From: Octopus vulgaris
Taxonomy: Eukaryota
Reading direction: 5' to 3'
DNA length: 64,000 nt
NCBI GenBank assembly: GCA_951406725.2
Contig: OX597826.1
Location: 77,190,001-77,254,000 of the forward strand
The notes under the pieces are model-generated. The model searched no databases. It was not told where the DNA came from and saw only the letters and a program-made list of their open reading frames with translations. A program made the translations under genes and the position numbers. Position 1 is the first letter of the stretch; every line of letters starts with the position of its first letter. Shown piece by piece: positions 29,035-41,220 of this stretch.

Positions 29035-29621
29035 GTATATCTTTCTTGGAATATATAGCTATATAAAGTAAGCGATTTGGCACAAGAAAAAAAGGGGTCT
29101 TAGGGTCACTTGAAGGTATTCAAGGTGGCGCTCCAGCATGGCCGCAGCCGTGCTGGAACTTTAAAAAATTAGTTCTGATTTCGATATGTTTGCACGAGGC
29201 TTCGAAGGCGGTGCTCCAGCTTGACCGCAGGTCAATGAATGACTTCGTTAAAGAAAATACGTGTGCTTGCGTGTGTGTATGTAAGTATATACATACATAC
29301 AAAAGTAAGTACATATATTAATATATATATATTCGTGAAATTATGTGTGTGTGTGTGTGTGTGTGGAAAGCATACGTATATGTGCACAGTTACACACATA
29401 TATAAATACTCATATATATATATATATAAATACATAAATACATATATATCATATACATATATAAATGTATTCATAAGTATATAAACACGCATTAAATATA
29501 TACATATGTATGTATGTATGTATATATGTATGTATGTATGTGCATATATTCATGTGTGTGTGTGTGAGTAAAAAGTACGCAGAGAGATAGCGTGTGGTGT
29601 ATAAATATATACACATATGTG

Positions 29622-29669
<48 letters not shown>

Positions 29670-29834
29670 TCACACACACATGCATGAATGCATACATACA
29701 TACATACATACATACATACATACACACACATACATACATACATACATACATATATACATACAGACAGGCATACATACATACATACATACATACATACATA
29801 CATACATACATACACACATACATACATACATATA

Positions 29835-29868
<34 letters not shown>

Positions 29869-30529
29869 CATACATATATACATACATACATACATGCATA
29901 CATACATACACACATACATACATACATATATACATACATACATACATACATACATACACACATACATACATACATACATGCATACATACATACATACATA
30001 CATACATACATACATACATACAGACATGCATACATACACACACACATATAAACACACACACAAACATTTGTGTTGTGTTTTGTTTATCGCCCGATAATTT
30101 GTTTATTGCCAAAACAACCTGGCAAATAATCTCCTCTTGTTTTCCCGCCCCCTTCCTCTTCTAATCTCCTTCCCTTCCTTCACCTACTCCTCCTCCTCCT
30201 TCTCCTGTCTCTACTTCTAATACTCTGCCTTCTACTCCTACTACTACTCCTACTACTGCGATTCCCTGCAATCCTCCTACCACCATTTTCGACTGAGTGG
30301 GCGGTGCTCGTTTTGCTAGTTGACCAATCAATGACTAGAATCCGAGAAAGCGCGCGAGTGAATCGCTCTCGTCTTTATACGATTTGTAAGCAACGAATTT
30401 AAGAGAGACGGCGCAGCCATATTAAAAGAAAAACGGAGGTGGATAAACATTTATATACACACACAAGCATAGACACACGCTTATAGGCACACGCATATAC
30501 ATATATACAAGTACACGTGGTTTGGTGCA

Positions 30530-30687
30530 GAGACGCAGCCGTGGCTGTGTGGTAAGAAGCTGGCTTGCCAACCATGGAATTTGGGGTTCAATCCGACTTC
30601 GTGGTACCTTGGGCAAATATCTTTTACTATAGTGTCGAACCAACCAAAATGGAATTGGCAGAAGGAGTCTGACAGAAGCCCGCCGTG

Positions 30688-30718
<31 letters not shown>

Positions 30719-30930
30719 TTGTGTGTGTGTGCGCGAATGTGCGTGATTCTTTGTTCTTGCCTCACACCACCGCTCTGCAATCGGTTTTGGTTTGTTCATG
30801 CCACTGTACCTAGCGGTTCAGCAAAAGTGTTTGACAAAAAATGTTCCAAACTTTGAAACCAAATGAGTAGGGGGATCGAATTTTGCGACTAAAATTCTTC
30901 AGACTCCAGCATGGCCGCAGTCCAATGACT
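30530..30930 (+). mobile_element. SINE family A, older diverged copy
   Basis: GACGCAGCCGTGGCTGTGTGGTAAG head, CCTTGGGCAA body, TG tract, CTCCAGCATGGCCGCAGTCCAATGACT tail. Confidence 0.8.
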
Positions 30931-30934
30931 AATG

Positions 30935-31105
30935 GGCGCAGGAGTGGCTGTGTGGTAAGTAGCTTGCTAACCAACCACATGGTTCCGGGTTCAGTCCCAC
31001 TGCGTGGCATCTTGGGCAAGTGTCTTCTGCTATAGCTCCGGCCAGATCAATGCCTTGTGAGTGGATTTGGGAGACGGAAACTGAAAGAAGCCTATCGTAT
31101 ATATG

Positions 31106-31140
<35 letters not shown>

Positions 31141-31331
31141 TTGTGTGTCTGTGTTTGTCCTGGTGTGTTTACGTCCCCGTCACTAAGTGGTTCGGCAAAA
31201 GAGACCGATAGAATAAGTACTGGGCTTACAAAGAATAAGTCCTGGGGTCGATTTGCTCGACTAAAGGTGGTGCTCCAGCATGGCCGCAGTCAAATGACTG
31301 AAACAAGTAAAAGAGTAAAAGAGTAAAAGAG
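30935..31331 (+). mobile_element. SINE family A, full length and young
   Basis: GGCGCAGGAGTGGCTGTGTGGTAAG (A box TGGCTGTGTGG), GGTTCAGTCCC (B-box-like), CTTGGGCAAGTGTCTT CORE-like motif, TA/TG spacer, tail ending (AGTAAAAG)n. Confidence 0.93.
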
Positions 31332-31767
31332 TATACAAACATTGGTACACAAACGAAATAATGATGATGCGGTTCGGTAGACAAACGCGTGGATCTGGGT
31401 CCCAACCCTTTAGGAGACTGGCTGGGCATCTTCTACAATGGCTCAGGGCTGACCATTAACTTATAACTGGAATTTGCTGGACGAATGCAGAGATGTGTGG
31501 GTGGGTGGGTGCAGCTGTCTTTGTCCAAGAATCTGTTTAGCTCTTTCTGCTGTAGAATTGTGGCTTTTGCCCCCTTTCGTCCACCTGTAGCTAACCCTTC
31601 GGTACAATCGACGAAAATCGCACCAGGATGAAATAAGTACGGACAGAGGAGAATCCACCCAAAGTTCGAATGCGATACCCCAGCATGGCCGCAATATATA
31701 TTAACGGAATACATATAAACAACATATGTAAGTCCCAAGTTACAGTCATCAACATGTGAATATGGAT

Positions 31768-31811
<44 letters not shown>

Positions 31812-31875
31812 GCGGACAGACAGACAGACAGACAGACAGACGGACAGACAGACGGACGGACGGACGGACAGACGG

Positions 31876-31907
<32 letters not shown>

Positions 31908-31909
31908 GC

Positions 31910-31946
<37 letters not shown>

Positions 31947-31947
31947 T

Positions 31948-32000
<53 letters not shown>

Positions 32001-32029
32001 CCGATAGATAGACAGACAGATTACATTTT

Positions 32030-32331
32030 TTACCTTTCATTTGTTTCGGTCATTAGGCTGCGGCCATGCTGGGGCACCGCCTTGAATAATTTTTGGTCGA
32101 AAGAATCGACCCCAGTACTTTTGCTTTTTTTTTGTTTCTTTCAACCTACCTTAGCACTTATTCTGTCGGTTTACTTTTGCCGAACCACTAAGTAACAGGG
32201 GTGTAAGCACACCAACACTGCGGTGGTAACACAACCGCAACAACAAACACCAGATACAGACTCACATACACACGCACACACACGCACACACAAACGCACA
32301 TACACATGCAAACACACACACACGCACACAT

Positions 32332-32371
<40 letters not shown>

Positions 32372-32710
32372 TATTTGTTTCAGTCAAATCGACCCCAGGA
32401 GTTATTCTTTGTAAGCCTAGTACTTATTCTAACGGTCTATTTTGCCGAATCGCTAAGTTACGGAGAATAAGTTCACCAGCATCAATTATCAAGCGATAGG
32501 GGTGGGAAGAACACAGACATATATGTATATATACAGCCACTCCTGTGCTATATATATATATATATACGATGGGCTTCTTTCAGTTTCCGTCTACCAATTC
32601 CAGCCTCAAGGTTTTGGCCGGTCCTAGACTATATAGTAGAAGACACTTTGCTCAAGGCGCCACGCAGTGGGACTGAACCCGGAACCATGTGGTTGGGAAG
32701 CAACCTATAT
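32030..32710 (-). mobile_element. SINE family A, nested or fragmented copies
   Basis: Tail at about 32040, a second 3' half at 32375-32520, head at 32570-32705. Confidence 0.75.
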
Positions 32711-33108
32711 ACATAGGATTCTCCCGTCGGCTTCTTAACAGTCAATATCGCCGATAGACTCCTCACCCTGGTGATTGTTTTGTTTTTTTTGTTTTTTTTT
32801 TGCTTTTTTTTTGTGGAAACATGTTTAAGAAAAACCACGCATTTTAGAATTTTCTGATAACAGAAAATAGGTGCAAATGTTTGCCGCAAACTTCTTTACA
32901 CATCAAGCTTTTCTCTTAGCGCCCTTCATCTCCTGCGCTGCGCAATTAGAAGACAAAAACTTCCAGCTGGGGTTGTTTAAAATTTAAAAGTTGCTCACCA
33001 GAAATAACAGAGACACGAAAGACAAGGTTAAATTTGTGGAAAAATTTGATAATACTATCCGGCGGATTATCTTGTTTTTGAAGCTAACAACCGTAGCCAC
33101 GTACATAT

Positions 33109-33146
<38 letters not shown>

Positions 33147-33154
33147 CACACACT

Positions 33155-33188
<34 letters not shown>

Positions 33189-33662
33189 AGCACGTACAGA
33201 AGCACATACACGGAAGTACAGTGCGGATGCCTGTTGTATATGTGTGTATGCATGTGTGTGTATGACATGTGTTTGTATAGGTCTGCGTCCGAGCACATAT
33301 CTTTCAGTTTGTATCTTTCCCCACCCACAAACACCACTTGAATCCGGAATTGGTTTGTTTACATCCCCGTAATTATCGTTTTGACAAAATTGGCAGACAG
33401 AATAGGTATCAGAATTTTTTTTTAAATACAGAGATCGATGCGTTTGCCCGAGAATGGTCGTCAATAGACTCCAATTAGCAAATGAAACACGTGTAATGAT
33501 GAATATATTACAATTTTGTAACTCTTATAAGCAAATATAACACGTCTAATGGTGAATGAATAACATAAAAAGAATTTCCCGTGTCTCGTTTTCATAGTAT
33601 TACTCTGCAGATAAATATACCATCTACATACGGATTTGGAATACTGGAATAAACAGACGTTT

Positions 33663-33832
33663 AGGCGCAGGAGTGGCTGTGTGGTAAGTAGCTTGCTAAC
33701 CAACCACATGGTTCCGGGTTCAGTCCCACTGCGTGGCATCTTGCGCAAGTGTCTTCTGCTATAGCCCCGGGCCGACCAATGCCTTGTGAGTGGATTTGGT
33801 AGACGGAAACTGAAAGAAGCCTGTCCTATATA

Positions 33833-33903
<71 letters not shown>

Positions 33904-34105
33904 TTGTGTGTCTGTGTTTGTCCCCCTAGCATTGCTTGACAAACGATGCTGGTGTGTTTACGTCCCCGTCACTTAGCGGTTCAGCAAAAAGAGACCGATA
34001 GAATAAGTACTGGGCTTACAAAGAATAAGTCCCGGAGCCGATTTGCTCGACTAAAGGCGGTGCTCCAGCATGGCCGCAGTCAAATGACTGAAACAAGTAA
34101 AAGAG
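33663..34105 (+). mobile_element. SINE family A, full length and young
   Basis: Near-identical to 30935-31331. Confidence 0.93.
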
Positions 34106-34205
34106 ACGTGTTTCAAGAGGAACACAATCTGGATTTTAACACTATCTGCATTATATGCATATATACTTCCCCTATATATACATATATATATGTATATACA
34201 TATAT

Positions 34206-34570
34206 TTGGATTGTCCGGTAAGTTCGTGACGATTTATAGCAGCTTACCTTTTGACTTATTTTAGAACATGATTGAGTTCATAAAATAGGATTTGACTACA
34301 CCTCCATTTAGAGTACAGTTTAAGCTATCTTTACGTGGAAGAAGGTTTATGTTCCTATAACCTGTGTTAATTTAGTGACCCTTTAAAATGGAAGATAAGA
34401 AAGTTCATTTTTGGCACTTGATGCTTTTCTTCTACCGTAAAGGGAAAAATGCCTCACAAGCAACCAAAGAAATATGCGCAGTTTACGGTGATGTTTCTTT
34501 ATCTGAAAGAACTGTACTGAAGTGGTTAGCAAGGTTCCGAGCTGGAGATTGTAGCCTTATTGATAAATAG
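34206..34570 (+). mobile_element. mariner transposon 5' end with truncated transposase
   Basis: TIR-like TTGGATTGTCCGGTAAGTTCGTGACGATTT after TA. ORF 34388-34570 MEDKKVHFWHLMLFFYRKGKNASQATKEICAVYGDVSLSERTVLKWLARFRAGD matches the mariner N-terminal HTH. Premature stop, then cut off by a SINE head. Confidence 0.92.
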
Positions 34571-34577
34571 CGATTAG

Positions 34578-34678
34578 AGCCCGAGTAGAAGACACTTGCC
34601 CAAGGTGCCACGCAGTGGGACTGAACCCGGAACCATGTGGTTGGTAAGCAAGCTACTTACCACACAGCCACTCCTACG

Positions 34679-34681
<3 letters not shown>
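34578..34681 (-). mobile_element. SINE family A head
   Basis: Reverse complement of GGCGTAGGAGTGGCTGTGTGGTAAG...CCTTGGGCAAGTGTCTTCTAC. Confidence 0.9.
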
Positions 34682-34749
<68 letters not shown>

Positions 34750-34855
34750 CTATGTATGTATGTGTATATACATATATAAGAAAAATTATTATCTTATTTA
34801 TTTCTTAAAACATATTGTTTAAATATTTCTGATTATTTATTTAAATATTATAATT

Positions 34856-34953
34856 AACCTGAAGATTGACTATAAACATAATTCGAGTTATTAACTGAAT
34901 TTAAATTATTGTTATTCGAATTGGTTTATGGGCATGAAACGATCGTAGTGGTT
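34856..34953 (+). ncRNA. Type I hammerhead-ribozyme-like motif with long stem II
   Basis: CUGAAGA (34859), about 70-nt hairpin (UAUAAAC/GUUUAUG, AAUUCGA/UCGAAUU), GAAA (34936), palindromic ACGAUCGU, then UA. Stem I is degraded. Confidence 0.6.
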
Positions 34954-35027
34954 TTACTCTTTATCTTATATTAAACTTTTAATACTTTTTGATAGTTATA
35001 TATATATTTTAAAAAAAACTTTCAATT

Positions 35028-35067
<40 letters not shown>

Positions 35068-36018
35068 TATGTGTATAGGAGAAGAATGACAGGCAGGTTT
35101 AATACCCGAGACATGACATTTTGCTGAATATTCGGTGGAAGTCAATGAAAAGGTTGCGTCATTGACAAGAAGCGAACTAGCAATACGTCGAGTCAGGTTC
35201 AGGTACTTTATCCATTCGGCCAACGCGACTTCCCGAAACAAACAGACAAAAAAGATAGAAAGACAAAGACACAAATCTCTGATAACAAAGGAAATAATAA
35301 TAAAAAAAAAAATATGTATAAAAGCGGCAAAAACAATAACAACAACAACAACAAACAAGTAAATTAGGTGAGAACGAACAGTGACGACAACAACAACAAC
35401 AACAACAACAGCAACAACTGTAGGGAAAAAAAGAAGAAAAATGAATAAATGTAAATAGGAGTTTATAAAAGAAATGGTTAAAGAGTTGTTAATTATCTCT
35501 CACCCACACCTGACACCTCACATCGTCACCCCGTCCCCCGCTCCTCCCTTCTGTATTGCCCGCCCTTTTTTAAACACACACACATACACACACACACACA
35601 CATGCACTCACGCATGCACTCACATACACAGAGGCACACATATTGATCAGTAAGGCCCTCCCTGGGGCTTTGCCTTTTGCTTCGCTCTGCTGACTGCTCC
35701 CGGGCAGTGTTTTAGTTACTGCATTAAACAGAAGAGAGGTAGAAAGGGAGATAGAGAGAAAGAGAGGGAGAGAGAGAGGGAGGGAGAGAGAGAGAGAGAG
35801 AGAGTGTGTGTGTGTGTGGCGGGGAAAACTGGAGGAGGAAAGAGTGAACGAGAGAGGTGGGTGAAGAGGGTGAAGGATAAAAGAAATGAGAACTCTTGTC
35901 AGAAAAGATATGAAGGAAAAAAAGAGCCCTTCTTTCTTCTTTCTTTCTTTCTTTCTTCCTTCCTTCATTTTCCTTTCTCTTTCCCTCGACGATGAGAAAT
36001 ATATAGCAACACTACGAT

Positions 36019-36049
<31 letters not shown>

Positions 36050-36117
<68 letters not shown>

Positions 36118-36250
36118 CAGATAGATATATAGATATATAGATAGATAGGTAGATAGAAAGATCGATCGATAGATAGATAGATAGAAAGATAGATAGATAG
36201 ATAGATGTAGATAGATATAGATAGATGTAGACAGATAGATATAGATATAT

Positions 36251-36341
<91 letters not shown>

Positions 36342-36360
36342 TAGATATATATATATATAT

Positions 36361-36431
<71 letters not shown>

Positions 36432-36510
36432 TAGATAGATGTAGACAGATAGATATATATATATATATATATATAGATAGATAGATAGAGATAGATAGAT
36501 AGATAGATAG

Positions 36511-36563
<53 letters not shown>

Positions 36564-36580
36564 TAGATATATATATATAT

Positions 36581-36658
<78 letters not shown>
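36050..36658 (+). repeat. Long compound (TAGA)n microsatellite
   Basis: Direct reading. Confidence 0.95.
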
Positions 36659-36964
36659 GAGTAACTACGCAGGTGGTGGATAGAGACACCCAGAGACAGG
36701 AAGCTGACGGGTTGGAATGATTAACAGCGGTTTGAGGAGTTTAGACTGACAGACAAACCAACTGCAATTATCAAAGCAATTTGTAGATAAAAACTCCCTC
36801 TAGGACTGTTCAGTAAAAAAAAGAAACGACGGCCAAAAGAGATGTCTAATAAGATCACGTTTGGAATTTTTAGACATTGCATCTTGAATCGGTTCTTCTG
36901 TTTAAAAACCAACAGTTGAAAGCAGTGTTTTTGTTATATTCCATCTCGTCAGTGAAGAATGACC

Positions 36965-37241
36965 TGTTTATTCTTTTACTTGTTTCAGTCATATGACTGC
37001 GGCCATGCTAGAGCACCACCTTTAGTCGAACAACTCGACCCCCCCCCCCCCAGGAGTTATTCTTTGTAAGTCTGGTACTTATTATATCGGTCTCTGTTGC
37101 CGAACCGCTATATTACGGGGACGTAAACACACCAACATCGGTTGCCAAGCGATGGTGAGGGACAAACACACACATACACACATTCAAATATACATACATA
37201 GAAGCCAGTCATAAATTTATATATATATATATATATATATG

Positions 37242-37294
<53 letters not shown>

Positions 37295-37409
37295 CACGTG
37301 ATCACGTGACCAACCAGGCTATCAGATGTTGCTACACATCGCTGGTCACAATGCGCTTCAGCATTGTTTTAGCCTTCAAATGACGCCACCTCGCTGGCTA
37401 AGCGAGCAG

Positions 37410-37453
<44 letters not shown>

Positions 37454-37622
37454 TATATATAATTTTACGACAGGTCTCTTTCGGTTTCCGTCTACCAAAT
37501 CCACTCAAGTTTTGGTCGGCCCGAGGCTATAGTGGAAGATACTTCCCCAAAGTGCCACGCACTGGGACTGAACTTAGAACCATGTCGTTGAGAAGCAAGC
37601 TTCTTACCATACAGTCACGCCT
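36965..37622 (-). mobile_element. SINE family A with a family C 3' fragment (37295-37412) inserted in its TA spacer
   Basis: Family A tail and head flank a segment homologous to 51546-51665. Confidence 0.85.
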
Positions 37623-37802
37623 AATTAGCAAAACATAGAGGTCAATATACAGCATGATACAGAATTAAAGTTAGCATTTAAATACTATATGAATTTTTTA
37701 TTATATTGTTACAGTTTTGTTTACATCTCTCTCTCTCTTTATATTTTATATGCATGTATGCGCGTGCGTTTGTGTACGCGTGCCTGTGTGTTTTGTATGT
37801 GT

Positions 37803-38005
37803 GTGTATATGGGTTTGCTTACTATATTGTTTGTATTCGTGCCCTTTATATAGTTCGTTTTTGTTTCTTTCATTTATCTATTTATCACTGTTTTTATATT
37901 TCATCTTATATATATGTATGTGTGTCTTTTGTGCGAGTGTATATGGGTTTGCTTATTATATTGTTTGCATCCGTGCCCTTTATATAATTCGTTTTTTGTT
38001 TCTTT
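37803..38005 (+). repeat. Direct duplication of an about 65-bp block (period about 134 bp)
   Basis: GTGTATATGGGTTTGCTTA(C/T)TATATTGTTTG...GTGCCCTTTATATA occurs at 37803 and 37937. Confidence 0.85.
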
Positions 38006-38431
38006 TAAAAATTGTTTCTTTTAAAAATTCAAAAATACTTAATAGCGTTCTGTTTATCATTCATGCAGTCATCAAAATTGTTATAATGTCTTATTGTGGA
38101 TATGAGTTCTCTTTCTTTCCTGATGAGAAGATTACATTATTTTACACCGTTTATTCCTTTGGAATAAAACCAATGTTGTCTTCGAAACATATGTCGAAAG
38201 TAAAATAATTTGAATAACACCTGCGTTCAACTCCATTTATTTACTTATATAATATATAATAGTCCATTCTGACTTAATATTTACAATGATGTAATTATTG
38301 CATACAGTACTGCCATCACATCAGTATCTAAAAGTCTAAATAAAAGAACTGAAGAATGAAATCGAACACTTACGTTTCGTTTTACTCGGAGGACGTCATC
38401 ATTACACATGTTTCGGCTATCATTCCAATCC

Positions 38432-38509
<78 letters not shown>

Positions 38510-38514
<5 letters not shown>

Positions 38515-39400
38515 CTTTATTAACCACAAGGGTTTACATGAAGAGAAGCATTATGCACAGCACATGACAAAACAAAGAATGTGTGTGTGTGTAGTTGTGA
38601 GGGTCTTGCATGTAAACAAGACCAACAAAATTATCAAACATAGAAAGAAATCAATCAATAATGTGTATTCTTCAATAGGGAGGAGACGTTTGAGGGCTGC
38701 TCTTGGAAAAACCCCATACAAAAACCATGGATACTCTGAGTTTTGGGACAGGTGCCTCTTTTGCTTTCCTTTTCCCCCAAACTACTGGCGTAAGCTCAGG
38801 GTAGGGCTGTTCACCCGCACCATTCTCGCCACTTTCTTTCACCTTTCAGCAAACTGGCCAGAAGGCAACACTTCCCTCTTGACCTTTATTTTCCTTTTCA
38901 AGTGAAACTTGAAGAAGTTCATCAATGGATTGGCCAAAGAGAAAAGTATTTGTCTTAAGACCCCTTCAACCTCATCCTCAATACAACCGCTTTCGCCATG
39001 ACCACCGGGCATAGAAACACAGGCTTTCCTTCCCGGTTAAAGGAAGGTGGTGGAACGATCTTCACGATGGATTCAGTTGACAGCCGGACCCATCCCATAC
39101 GTGACGGCAAATGTTTGACAAACCCACAGGTCAGCAATACTCGGGCACTGGATGAGTGTATGCGGAACCATCTCGTCGTCCATGCTCGGCTGATGGCACT
39201 TCCGTGCCTGTAAAGTTTATCTCGAACAGGCAAGGCTCCCCGGTAACACTGCTCGGCCACAGATTTTTGGAAATTATCCATTGATCCCGGCCCGAAAGTT
39301 CTCCGGAAAAGAGTGACTAGCTGATCTTCTTCGAAGCCCAAGGTCCTCCCAAGAACGTCGTTGCACTTTTCCTACACTAATCCTCTGTAAAAAGCTAAAA
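38510..39400 (-). mobile_element. L1/Tx1-clade LINE 3' end
   Basis: ORF 38955-39341 contains QCYRGALPVRDKLYRHG (zf-RVT-like region of Tx1/L1 ORF2). The 3' UTR ends CCCTTGTGGTTAATAAAGAAATC, followed by (ATC)n(ATT)n. Confidence 0.8.
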
Positions 39401-39614
39401 TAGACGTTCCACCTATCGCATTGTATGATTGGTTGAGGGCTGTGAGCGTTTGAAGACATTCCACTTTCTAAATGCGCCCCCTCGGTCTCACTTTTACCCA
39501 GGACTGCAGTTCCGTTAAAGAAACTAGCTGCGGAAATATGTATCTGGTCAAGGAAGCATATCTGCGCATCATTAACTACGTCTTATCATTAACTACGTCT
39601 TATCTCATGATAAG

Positions 39615-40112
39615 TGGTACAGGGGGTGTAATGAATGGTGAGGGCGTCACCACCCTTTGGAACTTCCCAATGCAAACAGAGAAAAATTGACCAGACATTG
39701 TAATCAAAGACTACAACAGAGGAACTTGTCTGTTAATAGATATGTCTGTCCCCCACCAAGAGCAAAATGTCTCATGAAAGGAATACGAAAAGCTTTCTCG
39801 CTATGAAGATCTGCAAATTGAAATTATAAAAATTTGGAAGCTTAGTACTACGATAATACCAGTAGTAATTGGTGCGTTGAGAATGATAAAGAAGGGAGCT
39901 GAGAAATATATTAAGCAACTCCCTAGTAACTCCAGTCTCTGTGAACTACAAAAGATAACCTTGATGGGGACAGCCCATACATTATGGAAAGCACTATCCA
40001 TCTAAAATGGAATGTGGCGATAGTTTTAGTATGCATAGCAAAACAAAAGTGTTCTTGGCCTCCAGAGGATACCCGGTACTAAAGCAGCTGAAATAAAATT
40101 ATAATGAAAAGA

Positions 40113-40115
<3 letters not shown>
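39615..40115 (+). mobile_element. R4/Dong-like LINE 3' end (restriction-like endonuclease pseudogene)
   Basis: LWNFPMQTEKN*PDIVIKDYNRGTCLLIDMSVP...KEYEKLSRYEDLQIEIIKIWKLSTTIIPVVIGAL...LQKITLMGTAHTLWKALSI*: PD..D RLE motif. Followed by (TAA)n. Confidence 0.9.
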
Positions 40116-40177
<62 letters not shown>

Positions 40178-40179
40178 CA

Positions 40180-40725
40180 GTAAGTACCAGACAGTGGCTG
40201 TCATCGCTTCTAATCTTAACTGATTGGAAGTGTTATCATGTACATTTTGGTTTTGGTATAAAAAATGGACTACAGCAAATATTCTGCTCAATACCACAGA
40301 TTTGCTCGTCAGTTGTTTGACCGTAACCAGTTGAGTATGTCCCTTAGTGGCTGACGATATGTGCATCTCTGATCACGGGCAGAAGTAGTGGGGGAGCATC
40401 ATAGCCATGTGTTGAGAGGGATTCTTTGGGGTTTTGATAATTCATTTTTGGAAACATGGATGTTTCATTCAACATCCTTAAACAACCCTTATTCAGGGGA
40501 ATTTTTGAGCGGGTTGGGCTACTCGAGCTGAAGAAAATTCTAACTGGGCCCCACCTGCAAGGTCATGTGCTGTTTATCTTGATATGAGATCACCATGTCG
40601 TGCACATATGGTTGTGATGCATGTGCCTGGTGTACCTTTATCAGACGGGTAGTCATGATGGGTATATTGGGCTTCGTATATTTTACCCCAGTGCCACTTT
40701 GATGGCATGCACTGCTCTCTCACTC
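40180..40725. mobile_element. Unclassified element-like block bounded by (AAT)n on both sides
   Basis: Sharp boundaries against the AAT tracts and mixed composition. Family not identified. Confidence 0.4.
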
Positions 40726-40772
<47 letters not shown>

Positions 40773-40789
40773 TCTTTTCTGCTATAAGC

Positions 40790-40985
40790 ACAAAGCTAGA
40801 CATTTTGGGGAGAGGGGAGAGGGGTAATCGATTACATCGACCTCAGAACGCAACTTGTGCTTATTCAATCGCTTCCGAAACAGTGAAAGTTAAAATCGAC
40901 CTCGCTGGAATTTGAACGCAGAACATAAAGGACTGTTAGAAATGCTGCTAACCATTTTGTCCGATGTGCTAACGATTCACTGCCC
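40790..40985 (-). mobile_element. SINE family B (degraded)
   Basis: TAATCGATTACATCGACC...GAATTTGAAC...GTGCTAACGATTC. Confidence 0.7.
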
Positions 40986-40986
40986 G

Positions 40987-41034
<48 letters not shown>

Positions 41035-41047
41035 TGTGATGATGATG

Positions 41048-41083
<36 letters not shown>

Positions 41084-41123
41084 TTCTGCCAGATCACTAA
41101 TAATAATAATAATAATAATAATG

Positions 41124-41220
<97 letters not shown>

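Noticed and set aside
34388-34570. SETMAR-like host gene
   Set aside because: Only the mariner HTH with an upstream TIR and a premature stop; a transposon relic.
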